From Eledone cirrhosa (taxonomy: Eukaryota), in the NCBI GenBank assembly GCA_964016885.1, contig OZ024742.1:20212001-20276000 (forward strand): a stretch of 64,000 nucleotides of DNA. Reading direction: 5' to 3'. Within the stretch, counting starts at the first letter, position 1, and each line of letters starts with the position of its first letter. The translations under genes and the position numbers were made by a program. Positions 40,765 to 53,160 of this stretch are shown here, piece after piece. The notes below the pieces were generated by a model, which was not told the origin of the DNA, did not search any database, and saw nothing but the letters and a program-made list of their open reading frames with translations.

Positions 40765-40814
40765 GAACTGCAGGCAGTAATGTTTTTGGGTATCACCCTT
40801 CATCAGTACAGCTC
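40765..40814 (-). ncRNA. Inactivated mirror hammerhead (GAAA>AAAA, GUC>GCC)
   Basis: Reverse complement: gagctgta-CTGATGA-agggtgataccca-AAAA-cattactg-CC-tgcagttc. Confidence 0.6.
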
Positions 40815-41103
40815 ACTAGTGAAAATATTTGCTATTTTCAAAAATACACAGTGACTGATCGGGCTGATATGCATGTCAGCAGACTGGCTGATCAGCCAGA
40901 TTTGCATATCAGCAGACTGACCAGTCAGTTTCCTGTATATGAGCGATAAATGGCTGGCTTTGCCAAATTCAGTGGATCTGCTAATATGCAGATCTGACTG
41001 ATCAGCCAGTCTGACGAAATGCAAATAAGGCCGATCAGACACTGCGTATTTTTGAAAATAGCATATATTTTCACTAGCTCTGACAGTTTGGCAGATGAAC
41101 AGT

Positions 41104-41153
41104 GAGCTGTACTGATGAAGGGTGATACCCAGAAACATTAGTGTCTGCAATTC
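41104..41153 (+). ncRNA. Type I hammerhead motif, intact core
   Basis: gagctgta-CTGATGA-a gggt gat accc a-GAAA-cattagtg-TC-tgcaattc; predicted cleavage after 41145. Confidence 0.8.
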
Positions 41154-41360
41154 TGTTCGCATGCCAACACCAGATCAAGAATGAAGTGTTCATTCTATTG
41201 ACATGGCTATAAAATTGAGGCGTGTTTGCATAATTGCAAACGAATCAAATGTTATTATTAATATTCGAAAAGCTCAGATTACATTTATCGTATTCAACCA
41301 TGTAGAGCGAAATTTTCTTTATATATATATATGTTTATATACATATATTGATGAATTTAT

Positions 41361-41361
41361 T

Positions 41362-41414
<53 letters not shown>
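41361..41414. repeat. (TATC)n microsatellite at the LINE 5' junction
   Basis: Direct reading. Confidence 0.95.
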
Positions 41415-41415
<1 letters not shown>

Positions 41416-41575
41416 AGTGTTTCCGTACTGTTTAAAAGCGAGGCACTCGCCCAAAAACATTCTGTGACACCAATGGTATCAAAAGTATTCACCCTTTTCC
41501 CTACATACATGGAAAAAAGGTCACAAAAAATAAAAATAAAAAATTATACCCCCAAACATTAACATCTGGTGGATC

Positions 41576-42073
41576 TTGGCTGGCTTCGTAGAGCCAGAAA
41601 CTGATATGATTCTTTCGATACGAAAATTTATTCGACAAAGGTGGGCGGGTACTGATTTGGAGATTCTGTTGCAAATGAAGCCGGAGAGAATCTCCAAAAT
41701 ACCCGAAAGAGTCGTCATCGATGATAACAACAAAATAAACATTTTGGTAGAAGGACGAACATTTCATTGCTTTCGCTGTGGTAGCACAGCACACCTAAAA
41801 GCCTCTTGTCCACAAACACACAACAACATCATTAAAAAAACACTATTACCAACACCAACACCAAAACAACCACCACCACCACAAGTACAACGACAGACGA
41901 AACGAACAACCACACCAAAACAAACAGACACTCAACCAACAACGACAGAAAAAAACAGAGACAACACCCCTGAAGAACACAGCCCCACCCCATCCCACTA
42001 CATCAAACACTACCACAAACACACACACCGAAACACCACCACCACACAACATACCCCTACCCCACACACCTGA
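41576..42073 (+). pseudogene. LINE ORF1 remnant (zinc knuckle)
   Basis: CX2CX4HX4C followed by a P/T-rich low-complexity tail. Confidence 0.8.
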
Positions 42074-42399
42074 CGATGATTATTCATCGGCGGATGAAGC
42101 TGCTTCTCCTTCTTTAAGTGAAGAAGAGGGAGAGCCGCGGAAATCTAAAAAACAAAAAAAGAGACCACAAAACCCCCAAAACTCCAATCACCAACACCAA
42201 CACACAACCACAGACACAAACAACAACACAAACGACACCACAGTCAAACATCCCCCTATCAGCAAAACCAACACCAACACCACCCCAAACACAAACACCT
42301 ACCATAAAAAGAAAACTCCCGGACGAACAACAAACTAAAACAACACAACAAAAACACAAACAACAAGAATTTGATGGAGGCATCTCCCAAAACCCCATC

Positions 42400-44235
42400 T
42401 CTCTGTCAGCCAGGAGGTGGAGGTGGAGTGGCTGTCATGTTTCGGAAGAACCTGGACGTCGGAGTACAGCAAGTACACTTGGACCCGGAGGGTAGACTGG
42501 TAGTCCTAGACGTGAACAGTATTGGAGGTGGAGCTTTCAGACTGGTGGCCGTTTATGCCCCGACCGGGCAATCGCAATCACGGCCAGACTTCTTTAAGCG
42601 TCTAGAGTCTTTCTGGGAACGTCTCGTTCCTTACTTTTAGTGGGGGGACTGGAATGGTATCCTAGATGCACGATGGGACTATGTGGGAGCATGTCCCAGT
42701 AGAGCGGGGTGCAACAGCCTCAAAACTTTAATCGGCCAATTCCAACTGGCCGATAGGTATCGACTGGATTTCCCGACTGCACCACAGTGGACGTGGGCAA
42801 ACCGCAGCGGGACATCTAGATCGTATTTAGATAGGTTCTTCATTAGAGAAAGGGACAAGGAGATGTTAAGCAGGGGTGGCCTCTCCTCCATTCTGTATGT
42901 ATTGACTCTAGAGCCACTACTGCGGAAATTGGAGCTGTTGCAGGGCATCCCTCTAGAACCGGGACTGTGCAAAACGGCGTCGGCTTATGCCGACGACGTG
43001 ACGGTAATGGTGTCAAGTACCTCGGAAATCGGGGTGATCGGCAACTTACTGAAAGAATATGAAACGTTGACGGGAGCAAAACTAAACCCGGACAAGTCTG
43101 TCGGTTTGCAACTTGGTACGCTGGACGGACGGACCGGTGAAATTGCTTGGGGTCTGGTTCGGTCCAGACCTTCAGGTGGAGAAAAACTGGAACGAGGTCA
43201 CAGCCAAGGTGTTTGCACTCACCCAGAAATGGGCAGAGTGCAAACTGTCCTTGAAAGGTCGAGCGAAGGTGGCGAACACTTTCATAGCATCCGTCATCTA
43301 CTACCACTTGACTGTCGTGCCTTGTCCCCGTGAACACCTCACCAAGATGGAGCGCATGCTCTTCCAGTTTCTGTGGAAGAAGCAGGCTCCGCTGGTGAGG
43401 AGATCCGTCTGCTGTCAGCACTCTTCCAACGGAGGGCTGGGAATGCCGTGTCTGATGATGCGCAAACATGCGCTGAGGCTGCAGCATCTCCAGGTATTCC
43501 TCACCGACCCCCAACCGGTGTGGGCACCGTTTGTGAGACAGGCTTTCCCACAGCTCGTCTCGCTGACGGAGCTGCAGTCCTGGGTCAAGAAAAGACCGAA
43601 AACAATGGGCGCCTGGCACATTGAATGCGCTCAGGCGCTCACAGTCCTCTGGCAAGCGGACGCAGCAATCAGTGGAGACTCCACTTCGACATTCTATAGA
43701 GGGATTGTACGTTACAAGGGCGACGACGTGCTCGGAGAGATTCTGGGCGTCGAAGACGATGAGCTCACCAGTCTGTTTGGTAGGACTTTCCGCTCGGGAC
43801 CTATGGACAACTTCCAGAGGTCCCTGGCCTGACAGTGCTACCGAGGAGCTCTACCGGTTCGTGACAAGATCTACAGGGATCCGCCGAAGATGCGCGCAGG
43901 ATATTGAAACAGTCCTGCACAACTGCTGTCGCGTATGGGACAAATCCAGTTGACTGCCGAGTCCATAGTAAGGATCAAACCGCCAGCCTCTTTCAAAAAC
44001 GAAAGAGAGGCGGTTTTCCTCTGTACGGTGGCTATGGTGAAAGAGGTTATATGGTGGACGAGGTTAAGAGGACTTTCTCTCCGGACAACAATTGATTCCT
44101 TTCTTTAAGTATTACTTTCGAAGGAGAATCAGAGTGGAGAGAGAGGCACTGCACCCCAGTAAATTTACTGAAAGGTGGGTGAATGAAGCGAAAATGGCCC
44201 GAGTGATTGGGCCTTCTCTGTTTATAAGCCTGTAG
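42400..44235 (+). pseudogene. LINE ORF2 remnant (APE endonuclease-reverse transcriptase)
   Basis: Spread over ORFs 42371-42640, 42683-43333 and 43113-43832 by frameshifts. Confidence 0.9.
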
Positions 44236-44543
44236 GTTGAAGAGGAGAGCAAAAGGAAGAAAGGAGTACTTGCACAACACGCTCTTGGAGTTGAGGGTTG
44301 TTCTATCGGCGGGGTATTAAACAACCCATTTGTGGTGCCTCCCCCTTATTGGGGATTTCGATTGTTGTAATTGTTTGTTTTTATATTTCTTACACGACTG
44401 TATGTAAAATCCCCGGCATGTATTGTCCCCTTTTCTTGTGCGCCCTTGTGGCAAATAAATAAATATCTTTATAATACCATATAGCGGGCTTATATTATAA
44501 AGTCTGCGCTAAGGTATGTCAATATCTTTAACACCAAATATTA

Positions 44544-44606
44544 TATTTTATCTGATGAAAGCACACTAAAATCTTGTGTCCTTGAAATATAAACTATAAT
44601 AAAGTA
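44544..44606 (+). ncRNA. Type I hammerhead motif, same family as 3425
   Basis: tattttat-CTGATGA-aag c acac...gtgt c ctt-GAAA-ta taaac ta-TA-ataaagta. Shares upstream ggtatgtcaatat with the 3392 region. Confidence 0.7.
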
Positions 44607-44665
44607 AGAAGCGCGGGACTGCGTACGGATTATAATTTTTTATTCCATTAGTAAAATAAGTTGGA

Positions 44666-44975
44666 TTACTTTGAATAAATAATTGTTTCTACTTTTGGCA
44701 CAAGGCCAGCAATTACCCAGTACATTACTGGTACTTTATTTTATCGACCCCGTAAGGATGACAGGCAAAGTTAACCTCGACGTTACTTTGAATAAATAAT
44801 TGTTTCTACTTTAGGCACAAGGCCAGCAATTACCCAGTGCATTACTGGTACTTTATTTTATCGACCCCGTAAGGATGAAAGGCAAAGTCAACCTCGGCGG
44901 GATTTGAACTCAGATCGTAAAGGGACGTAACTATGCTGGAAAGCATGGCGTCCGACCCTCTACCCATACTGAAAT
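44666..44975 (-). mobile_element. SINE with a 117-bp tandem duplication of its 3' half plus flank
   Basis: ttactttgaataaataattgtttctac occurs at 44666 and 44783. Confidence 0.88.
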
Positions 44976-45308
44976 GAATGAATATTACATAATTTATCTA
45001 CTAAATTTCGTGATGTTCATTAAATATATTTTATTATTTATTTAAAGATTCACTTCTTTAAATTTTCAAATGTCAACACTTCCGGCTAGCGATCGCTTAA
45101 ATAAACATTCATATATTTCCGTCACTAATTTTCTCCTAATGCAGTTTATATATAATATCGTTTTTTTTTAATGTATCATGGATTACGTTACTGATTACAT
45201 AAGACAGTGTAACACGGTCTCTCTTCAATTATTGTGGATATTGTCAATTACGATTTTATTTGATGTATCATATCTACATGCGTATATACTTGCGTATAAT
45301 ATCAACAT

Positions 45309-45348
45309 GCTAGCAGAAAACCACCCAATGGGTGGTTTTTCTGCTAGT
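45309..45348. repeat. Short near-perfect hairpin
   Basis: gctagcagaaaaccaccca-a-tgggtggtttttctgctagt. Confidence 0.75.
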
Positions 45349-45704
45349 GATAATAATACTCCAGATAAAGGTGTAGAGTGCTTCAAATCTGTTATAAAAA
45401 TAATTTTGTTGAATGATAATCAACAAATCATATAACTCATTGTTTATCCATCTCTATATATATATCTTTGTGTGGGTGAGGGAGATAAAAGGGGAGAGGG
45501 TAGGTGATAGTGAGTTGAGAGAGAAAGTGTGTGTGTGTGTGTCTGTGTGTGTGTGAGAGAGAGAGGGGGGGGGGGGGGTAAGAAGTAGATAATGTTGAAC
45601 CTTAATATAATACTAAGGTTGATTGTGTCGTTTAAAAACATAATGAAACGCAGATTTCGACATTGTCACGATTTGATCTCGAAAACGCTAAGGACTATAA
45701 TGTA

Positions 45705-45738
<34 letters not shown>

Positions 45739-45782
45739 TACACACACACAGACACACACACATATATATTTATATATGTATG

Positions 45783-45805
<23 letters not shown>

Positions 45806-45816
<11 letters not shown>

Positions 45817-46155
45817 GAATAGCTTTCACCGTATTTTTTTACTAAAGAAATTTTAGTCTGATAATGGGGTTTAGAACCCTCAGATAAATGGAAAAAGATG
45901 AATATTGACGTACATGGGAGTCGAACCCACATCTTTGGTTATCCAGACCACTGTGCTACCATTTACACCAACACATCATGGGTGATGTGTTGGTGTAAAT
46001 GGTAGCACAGTGGTCTGGATAACCAAAGATGTGGGTTCGACTCCCATGTACGTCAATATTCATCTTTTTCCATTTATCTGAGGGTTCTAAACCCCATTAT
46101 CAGACTAAAATTTCTTTAGTAAAAAAATACGGTGAAAGCTATTCTATTTTCTAAT
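45806..46155. mobile_element. Perfect 350-bp palindrome of a tRNA-headed element
   Basis: 173-bp arms with loop tggg at 45979-45982; left end abuts (TA)n. Confidence 0.92.
45984..46055 (+). pseudogene. tRNA-like cloverleaf (SINE head or pseudo-tRNA); mirror copy at 45906-45977 (-)
   Basis: Acceptor gatgtgt/gtacgtc, D arm gtgt/gcac, anticodon loop CTGGATA, T arm gtggg-TTCGACT-cccat, TTTTT about 10 nt downstream. Many wobble pairs and a pyrimidine at position 37 argue against a functional tRNA. Confidence 0.7.
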
Positions 46156-46188
46156 TTCAAACCTGCTCACTGTTTCAAAACATATTTT

Positions 46189-46261
<73 letters not shown>

Positions 46262-46264
<3 letters not shown>

Positions 46265-46385
46265 GGCAGAGCTGAAGCCATTTCGGCAGGGTCTTGAACA
46301 TTTTCCTATTACCCACTCTACTACCCTAAGTATTGAGTACTCTGGTGCGTTATGGTCCACCTGGTTCCTTACCACACTTCCTTCG
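46262..46385 (+). mobile_element. Family B copy with a collapsed palindrome remnant
   Basis: Matches 51784-51810 joined to 51870-51965. Confidence 0.75.
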
Positions 46386-46404
46386 TTCCTGTGTGTTTGC
46401 GTAG

Positions 46405-46435
<31 letters not shown>

Positions 46436-46437
46436 CC

Positions 46438-46502
46438 AAATAATTATTTCTACTTTTGGCACAAGGCCGGCAATTATCCCAGTGCATTACTGGTACTTTA
46501 TT
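46438..46502 (-). mobile_element. SINE 3' fragment
   Basis: tttctacttttggcacaaggccggcaatta...actggtacttta. Confidence 0.75.
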
Positions 46503-46520
46503 AAGAAGACTCTTGTACAA

Positions 46521-46594
<74 letters not shown>

Positions 46595-46595
<1 letters not shown>

Positions 46596-46894
46596 TAGCA
46601 GATGTACCTGGCGTTGCTCGGGAAATGAATGACAACCTGAATTGTTCAAGGTCGTTTATGGCTTAGCTAGCAATTTCTGAGTGCATGTCAGCTTATGTCA
46701 GCTAATTGGCTAGCCAATGAGAGGTCGCCTCAATAGCACGTGCCAAATCGGCCTAGTACTTCAAAAGTTAAACGGAGCCTAGTATTTGTACACAGACAGA
46801 TACACACACAAAATCGATTTTTCGGCCCCAATATCGAATGTTTTCAATTTTCTTTTGTCCAAAACCTGCTCTGGCATATAAACAACATGTTTCC

Positions 46895-46898
<4 letters not shown>
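46595..46898 (-). mobile_element. Non-autonomous Helitron in (TA)n
   Basis: The minus-strand 3' end cccgagcaacgccaggtacatctg-CTAG|T has the subterminal hairpin + CTAG signature. Confidence 0.75.
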
Positions 46899-46946
<48 letters not shown>

Positions 46947-47025
46947 GTGGGAGGTGAGTTTTATTGTAGCACAATAAAGTAATAAAGCAATGCAAGTGTT
47001 TTTTAAGCTTCATATCATGTCTCCC

Positions 47026-47096
47026 TATTTTATCTGATGAGAAGGCAAATATCATCCCATGATGATATTTGTTTTTGAAATGCGCATAATAAAATA
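47026..47096 (+). ncRNA. Minimal type I hammerhead with a 16-bp helix II
   Basis: tattttat-CTGATGA-gaaggcaaatatcatc ccat gatgatatttgttttt-GAAA-tgcgca-TA-ataaaata. Confidence 0.88.
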
Positions 47097-47458
47097 CATG
47101 GAACTCTTTTAACCATCTTTTGATCTTATATTATATATATATATATGTTTTGAACTCATTATTAATAGTATCACTGCTCCTTACGTAGAGCTAAATTTAA
47201 CCCCATATAAACGGCTGTTATTTCTAGCAGCACGAGTATGCGGTAGCTAGACACTGGATAACCATGTGTGTAAAACCATGTGCGTTAAACAGTCTTTTTA
47301 AATATTTTGAAGTGAAACATACCAATTTTTCTGGTGCTTGCTGAGGAGATAGAAATGCGGTATTCTTTCAGTTTCATTTTTCGAAACTTATTTGGATTTT
47401 AGGGTTTAAACCTCTCTACGGAACAGGTTTGATTTTGAAATTTAAATTTGTCCAAGCA

Positions 47459-47616
47459 CCACGGCCATTTGCCAATATGCTTTGTTTTTATTGATTTATT
47501 ATTTTAAATCGAGACGGGCAAACTGTATTAGTATAATCAGTATTTTTCAATCTAGCTAACTTAGTCGTTTACAATACAAACATGGATATGTTGGTATTTG
47601 TGTTTATCAAATATAT
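47459..47616 (-). repeat. Dispersed repeat homologous to 1063-1217
   Basis: tttaaatcgagacgggcaaactgtatt...caatctagctaactt is the reverse complement of 1115-1175. Confidence 0.8.
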
Positions 47617-47631
47617 TAATTTATATTAACT

Positions 47632-47767
<136 letters not shown>

Positions 47768-47899
47768 TATATGAAAATAGGGAGAAAAAGACGATTATTA
47801 GGGGAAAAAATATTCTTTTTGCCTTTTTATTTTTTTCTCTTTTTTCTGGGTTAGAAAATATTTAAAACAAAATATTTTACTTTGTGTGATAAATGTATA

Positions 47900-48760
<861 letters not shown>

Positions 48761-48934
48761 TGCAATGCTAGATAAGCCTAGAGCAGTATTACCATGTCTA
48801 CTGCAGGTGATTGTATATTGCAGAGTCACTGGTGCACCTAAAACTGCATATGTTAGAGTGCGGGGAGGAGGAGGTGGTGTGTGAAGGAGGGGGAGCGAAT
48901 AGCAATGGCTGAGGGGGGAGGAAGGAGAAAAGAT

Positions 48935-50150
48935 GACAGTGGTGGTGGTGGTGGTATCAGTGGTGATGTTGTTGTTTGTGGTGGTGGATGTGGTGTTGTT
49001 GTTGGGGGTGATGGTGGTGGTGATGCTAGTGGTAGTAGTAGTGGTAGTAGTAGTGGTGGTGTCAGTGGTAGTGGTAGTAGTAGTGGTAGTAGTAGTGGTG
49101 GTGTCAGTGGTAGTGGTAGTAGTAGTGGTAGTAGTAGTGGTGGTGTCAGTGGTAGTGGTAGTAGTAGTGGTAGTAGTAGTGGTGGTGTCAGTGGTAGTGG
49201 TAGTAGTAGTGGTAGTAGTGGTGGTGGTGTCAGTGGTAGTGGTAGTAGTAGTGGTAGTAGTAGTGGTGATGGTGGTGGTAGTAGTAGTGGTAGTCGCAGT
49301 GGTGGTGGTGGTAGTGGTGGTTGTAGTAGTGTTGATAGTGGTGGTGATAGTGGTGATAATAGTGGTAGTGGTAGTGGTGGTGGTAGATGTGGTGGTGGTG
49401 GTAGTGTTCGTGGTGGTGGTAGTGTTAGTGTGGTGGTGGTAGTGTTAGTGTGGTGGTGGTGTTAGTGGTGTTAGTAGTGGTAGTGGTGGTGGTAGAGGTG
49501 GTGGTAGAGGTGGTGGTGGTGGTAGTGTTCGTGGTGGTGGTAGTGTTAGTGGTGGTGGTGGTGTTAGTAGTGTTAGTAGTGGTAGTGGTGGTGGTAGAGG
49601 TGGTGGTAGAGGTGGTGGTGGTGGTAGTGTTCGTGGTGGTGGTAGTGTTAGTGGTGGTGGTGGTGTTAGTGGTGTTAGTAGTGGTAGTGGTGGTGGTAGA
49701 GGTGGTGGTGGTGGTAGTGTTCGTGGTGGTGGAAGTGTTAGTGGTGTTAGTAGTGGTAGTGGTAATGGTGGTGGTAGAGGTGGTGGTGGTGGTGGTAGTG
49801 TTAGTGGTGGTGTTAGTGGTGTTAGTAGTGTTAGTAGTGGTAGTGGTGGTGGTGGTGGTGATGGTGGTGGTGTCGGTGGTGGTAGTGTTCGTGGTGGTGG
49901 TAGTGTTCGTGGTGGTGGTTGTGGTGGTGGTAGTGTTGGTGTTAGTAGTGGTGGTGGTGGTGTAGGTGGTAGAGGTGGTGCTGGTGGTGGTAGTGTTGGC
50001 GGTGGTGGTGGTGTTAGTGGTGCTAGTAGTGGTAGTAGTGGTGGTGGTGGTGGTGGTGGTGGTAGTATTGGTGGTGGTGGTGGTGGTGGTAGTAGTGGTG
50101 GTAGTGTAGGTGGTGGTGGTAGTAGTGGTGGTAGTGTAGGTGGTGGTAAG
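48935..50150. repeat. (GGT/AGT)n compound trinucleotide repeat
   Basis: The poly-V and poly-GS ORFs are artefacts. Confidence 0.95.
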
Positions 50151-50226
50151 GTAGCAAATATGTGTGATCCAACACGTCTTTACCTCCCACCATTACCAAC
50201 ATCTCCTCCCACTATCCGATTTGAAC

Positions 50227-50372
<146 letters not shown>

Positions 50373-50435
50373 GTGTGTGTGTATATATAAATATATATAT
50401 ATATATATTTATTTACTCAAACACTCACAGATATT

Positions 50436-50468
<33 letters not shown>

Positions 50469-50494
50469 TTCTCTCTCTCTCTCTCTCTCTGTCT

Positions 50495-50591
<97 letters not shown>

Positions 50592-50780
50592 GAAAGAGAG
50601 ACAAGAGAGAGAGAGGGAGAGAGAAAAAAAGAGAGAGAGAAAGAGAGAGAGAGATAATTGTATCCGTATGTCTGTGTGTGTGTCAGTGTTTCAGTGTGTC
50701 ACTGCGTAATATTAGTGTGTGTACGTATGTATGTGTGTGTATGTGTCCGTATATATATATACATACATACACACACACAC

Positions 50781-50836
<56 letters not shown>

Positions 50837-50857
50837 GGTGTGTGTGTGTGTGTGTGT

Positions 50858-50940
<83 letters not shown>

Positions 50941-50943
50941 TGT

Positions 50944-50994
<51 letters not shown>

Positions 50995-51053
50995 GTGTGT
51001 GTGTATGTGTGTGTGTGTGTGTGTGGTGCGTGGTGTGTGTGTATGTGTGTGTG

Positions 51054-51139
<86 letters not shown>

Positions 51140-51237
51140 TGTGGTGTGTGTGTGTGTGTGTGTGTCTGTGTGTGGTGTGTATGTGTGTGTGTGTGTGTGT
51201 GGTGTGTGGTGTGTGTGTGTGTGTGTGTGTGGTGTGT

Positions 51238-51387
<150 letters not shown>

Positions 51388-51701
51388 TGTGGTGTGGTGT
51401 GTGTGTGTGTGTGTGTGTATATGAGGGCAGTGTGCCGTCTGTGAGACACAGTACTGACTGTCTCTACAGCAGTTGTAGTCAGCATCAAGAATTGTTGTTT
51501 GGTTGATCAGCAATTTCAACAGACGTGAGAGAGGCATACCGTGGGAGGATGAGGGGGAGGAGGTAGGATGAGGAGGGGAGGGGGGGAGGAGTGCAGGCGC
51601 CGGTGCACTGAAATATATGCATAGCAATGCAGCTACATAAATTGTGCACTACATGTACCGTTGCTGCTGTTTTTTTTTCATCCTAATCAGCAAACGTCTC
51701 A

Positions 51702-51762
<61 letters not shown>

Positions 51763-51767
<5 letters not shown>

Positions 51768-51965
51768 AAAAAGTATGACCCCGACGGCAGAGCTCAAGCT
51801 GTTTCGACGGCTGTTTTTGGACTATTTCAGTCCAGAAATAGCCGTCGAAACGGCTTGAGCTCTGCCGTCGGGGTCTTAATTTTTCCTATTTCCCACTCTA
51901 CTACCCTAAGTATTGAGTACTCTGATGCGTTATGGTCCATCTGGTTCCTTACCACATTTCCTTTG

Positions 51966-51967
<2 letters not shown>
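51763..51967 (+). mobile_element. Family B element with a 5' fold-back centred in hammerhead helix II
   Basis: 51763-~51822 is inverted at ~51829-51889; the right arm reads agccgtc-GAAA-cggc...gccg-TC-ggggtc. Confidence 0.8.
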
Positions 51968-52021
<54 letters not shown>

Positions 52022-52567
52022 TTATGTATATATACGTCTTAGTATTCTTATTCCCAACACCACCATCACTACCAATTGAGAATGAATCAACAGGCGTTGA
52101 ATATACATTCATACACACATACACACATATATACACATACACACACAAACATACAAACACAGACAGATAAAACACTATCCTACTCCTACACACATACACA
52201 CATACACCTGCATATAAATATAAATACGCACATACTTACACATCCAGACACAGAAACACGCCCACACGCACACACATATGCATACACACTCAGTGATGAA
52301 CACACAGATACACACACACTTACAGTTAGTTATATATATACAAATAAGACTTGAGGGCGACCGGCAAAGGTGGAAGATGCTAGATGGCGGTCGTCCTCGG
52401 GTCTTTGATTTTCAGACCCATGGATTTTATCTATTACATTTACTTATTATATTTCGAATACCTGATATCACCGGATTCATACGGAACCCGGTCATTGAAA
52501 TGATCATGTATATATTTATATAATAAACCTTTCAAGGATTTAGACAAGTCCAGCCTCCTGTTATTTC

Positions 52568-52610
<43 letters not shown>

Positions 52611-52655
52611 TGTGTATATATATATGCGTAAATACACGCAGACACACATGTGTGT

Positions 52656-52950
52656 GTGAAGGTGCGTTACTTAGAAGTAAATGTTTCGGTTCACGATGGT
52701 GAGATCGAACGATCGATTTCAAGAAACACGACGTGTTGCCCTCGTTTTCTTAACTGGGTAAATTGTACCTATAATTGAGAGGGCCACCCTTGTCACACAG
52801 TGTGTCATGGTGAATCTCCCTGAGAACTACATTACGGGTATAGGTGTATATGGAATACTCAACCATTTGTAAGTTAATTCAACGAGAAAGCTGTTCTGTT
52901 TGTGAAACAACCGGAACACTCGTCAGAACTGATAGTTCCAACAAAACAAC

Positions 52951-52952
<2 letters not shown>
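52656..52952 (+). mobile_element. Second tRNA-derived SINE family (degenerate)
   Basis: gtgaaggtgcgttacttag head...gggccacccttgtcacacag...aatctccctgagaactac...(CAA) tail. Relatives at 54170-54276 (-) and 54375-54597 (+). Confidence 0.7.
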
Positions 52953-52991
<39 letters not shown>

Positions 52992-53033
52992 AGACACACA
53001 CTCACACAGACACACACAGGCACACACACACAC

Positions 53034-53065
<32 letters not shown>

Positions 53066-53126
53066 GCACACACAAACACACACCTGCACACACACAGACA
53101 CAAACACACACACACATGCACACACA

Positions 53127-53160
<34 letters not shown>

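Larger units (their letters stand above)
40635..41283. mobile_element. ~650-bp diverged fold-back element next to (TA)n with one HHR per arm
   Basis: 40635-~40920 is the reverse complement of ~40978-41283, with scattered mismatches and one indel of about 22 bp. Confidence 0.92.
41415..44464 (+). mobile_element. Internally deleted, frameshifted L1/Tx1-clade LINE
   Basis: ORF1 CCHC knuckle CFRCGSTAHLKASC. APE endonuclease motifs GVAVMF, VYAP, GDWN, SYLDRFFI. RT motifs LSSILYVLTLEPLL and AYADDVTV, then the KLLGVWF and GGLG regions. Tail aaataaataaat at ~44453-44464. Confidence 0.93.

Noticed and set aside
45984-46055. Functional tRNA-Ser(GGA)
   Set aside because: No long variable arm, a wobble-rich acceptor stem, T at position 37, and it lies within a palindromic repeat.
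47335-47366. CTGAGGA-gata-GAAA hammerhead-like core
   Set aside because: No helix II and no helix I pairing.
48881-49965. Gly/Ser-rich and poly-Val ORFs
   Set aside because: Trinucleotide repeat with no splice or codon evidence.
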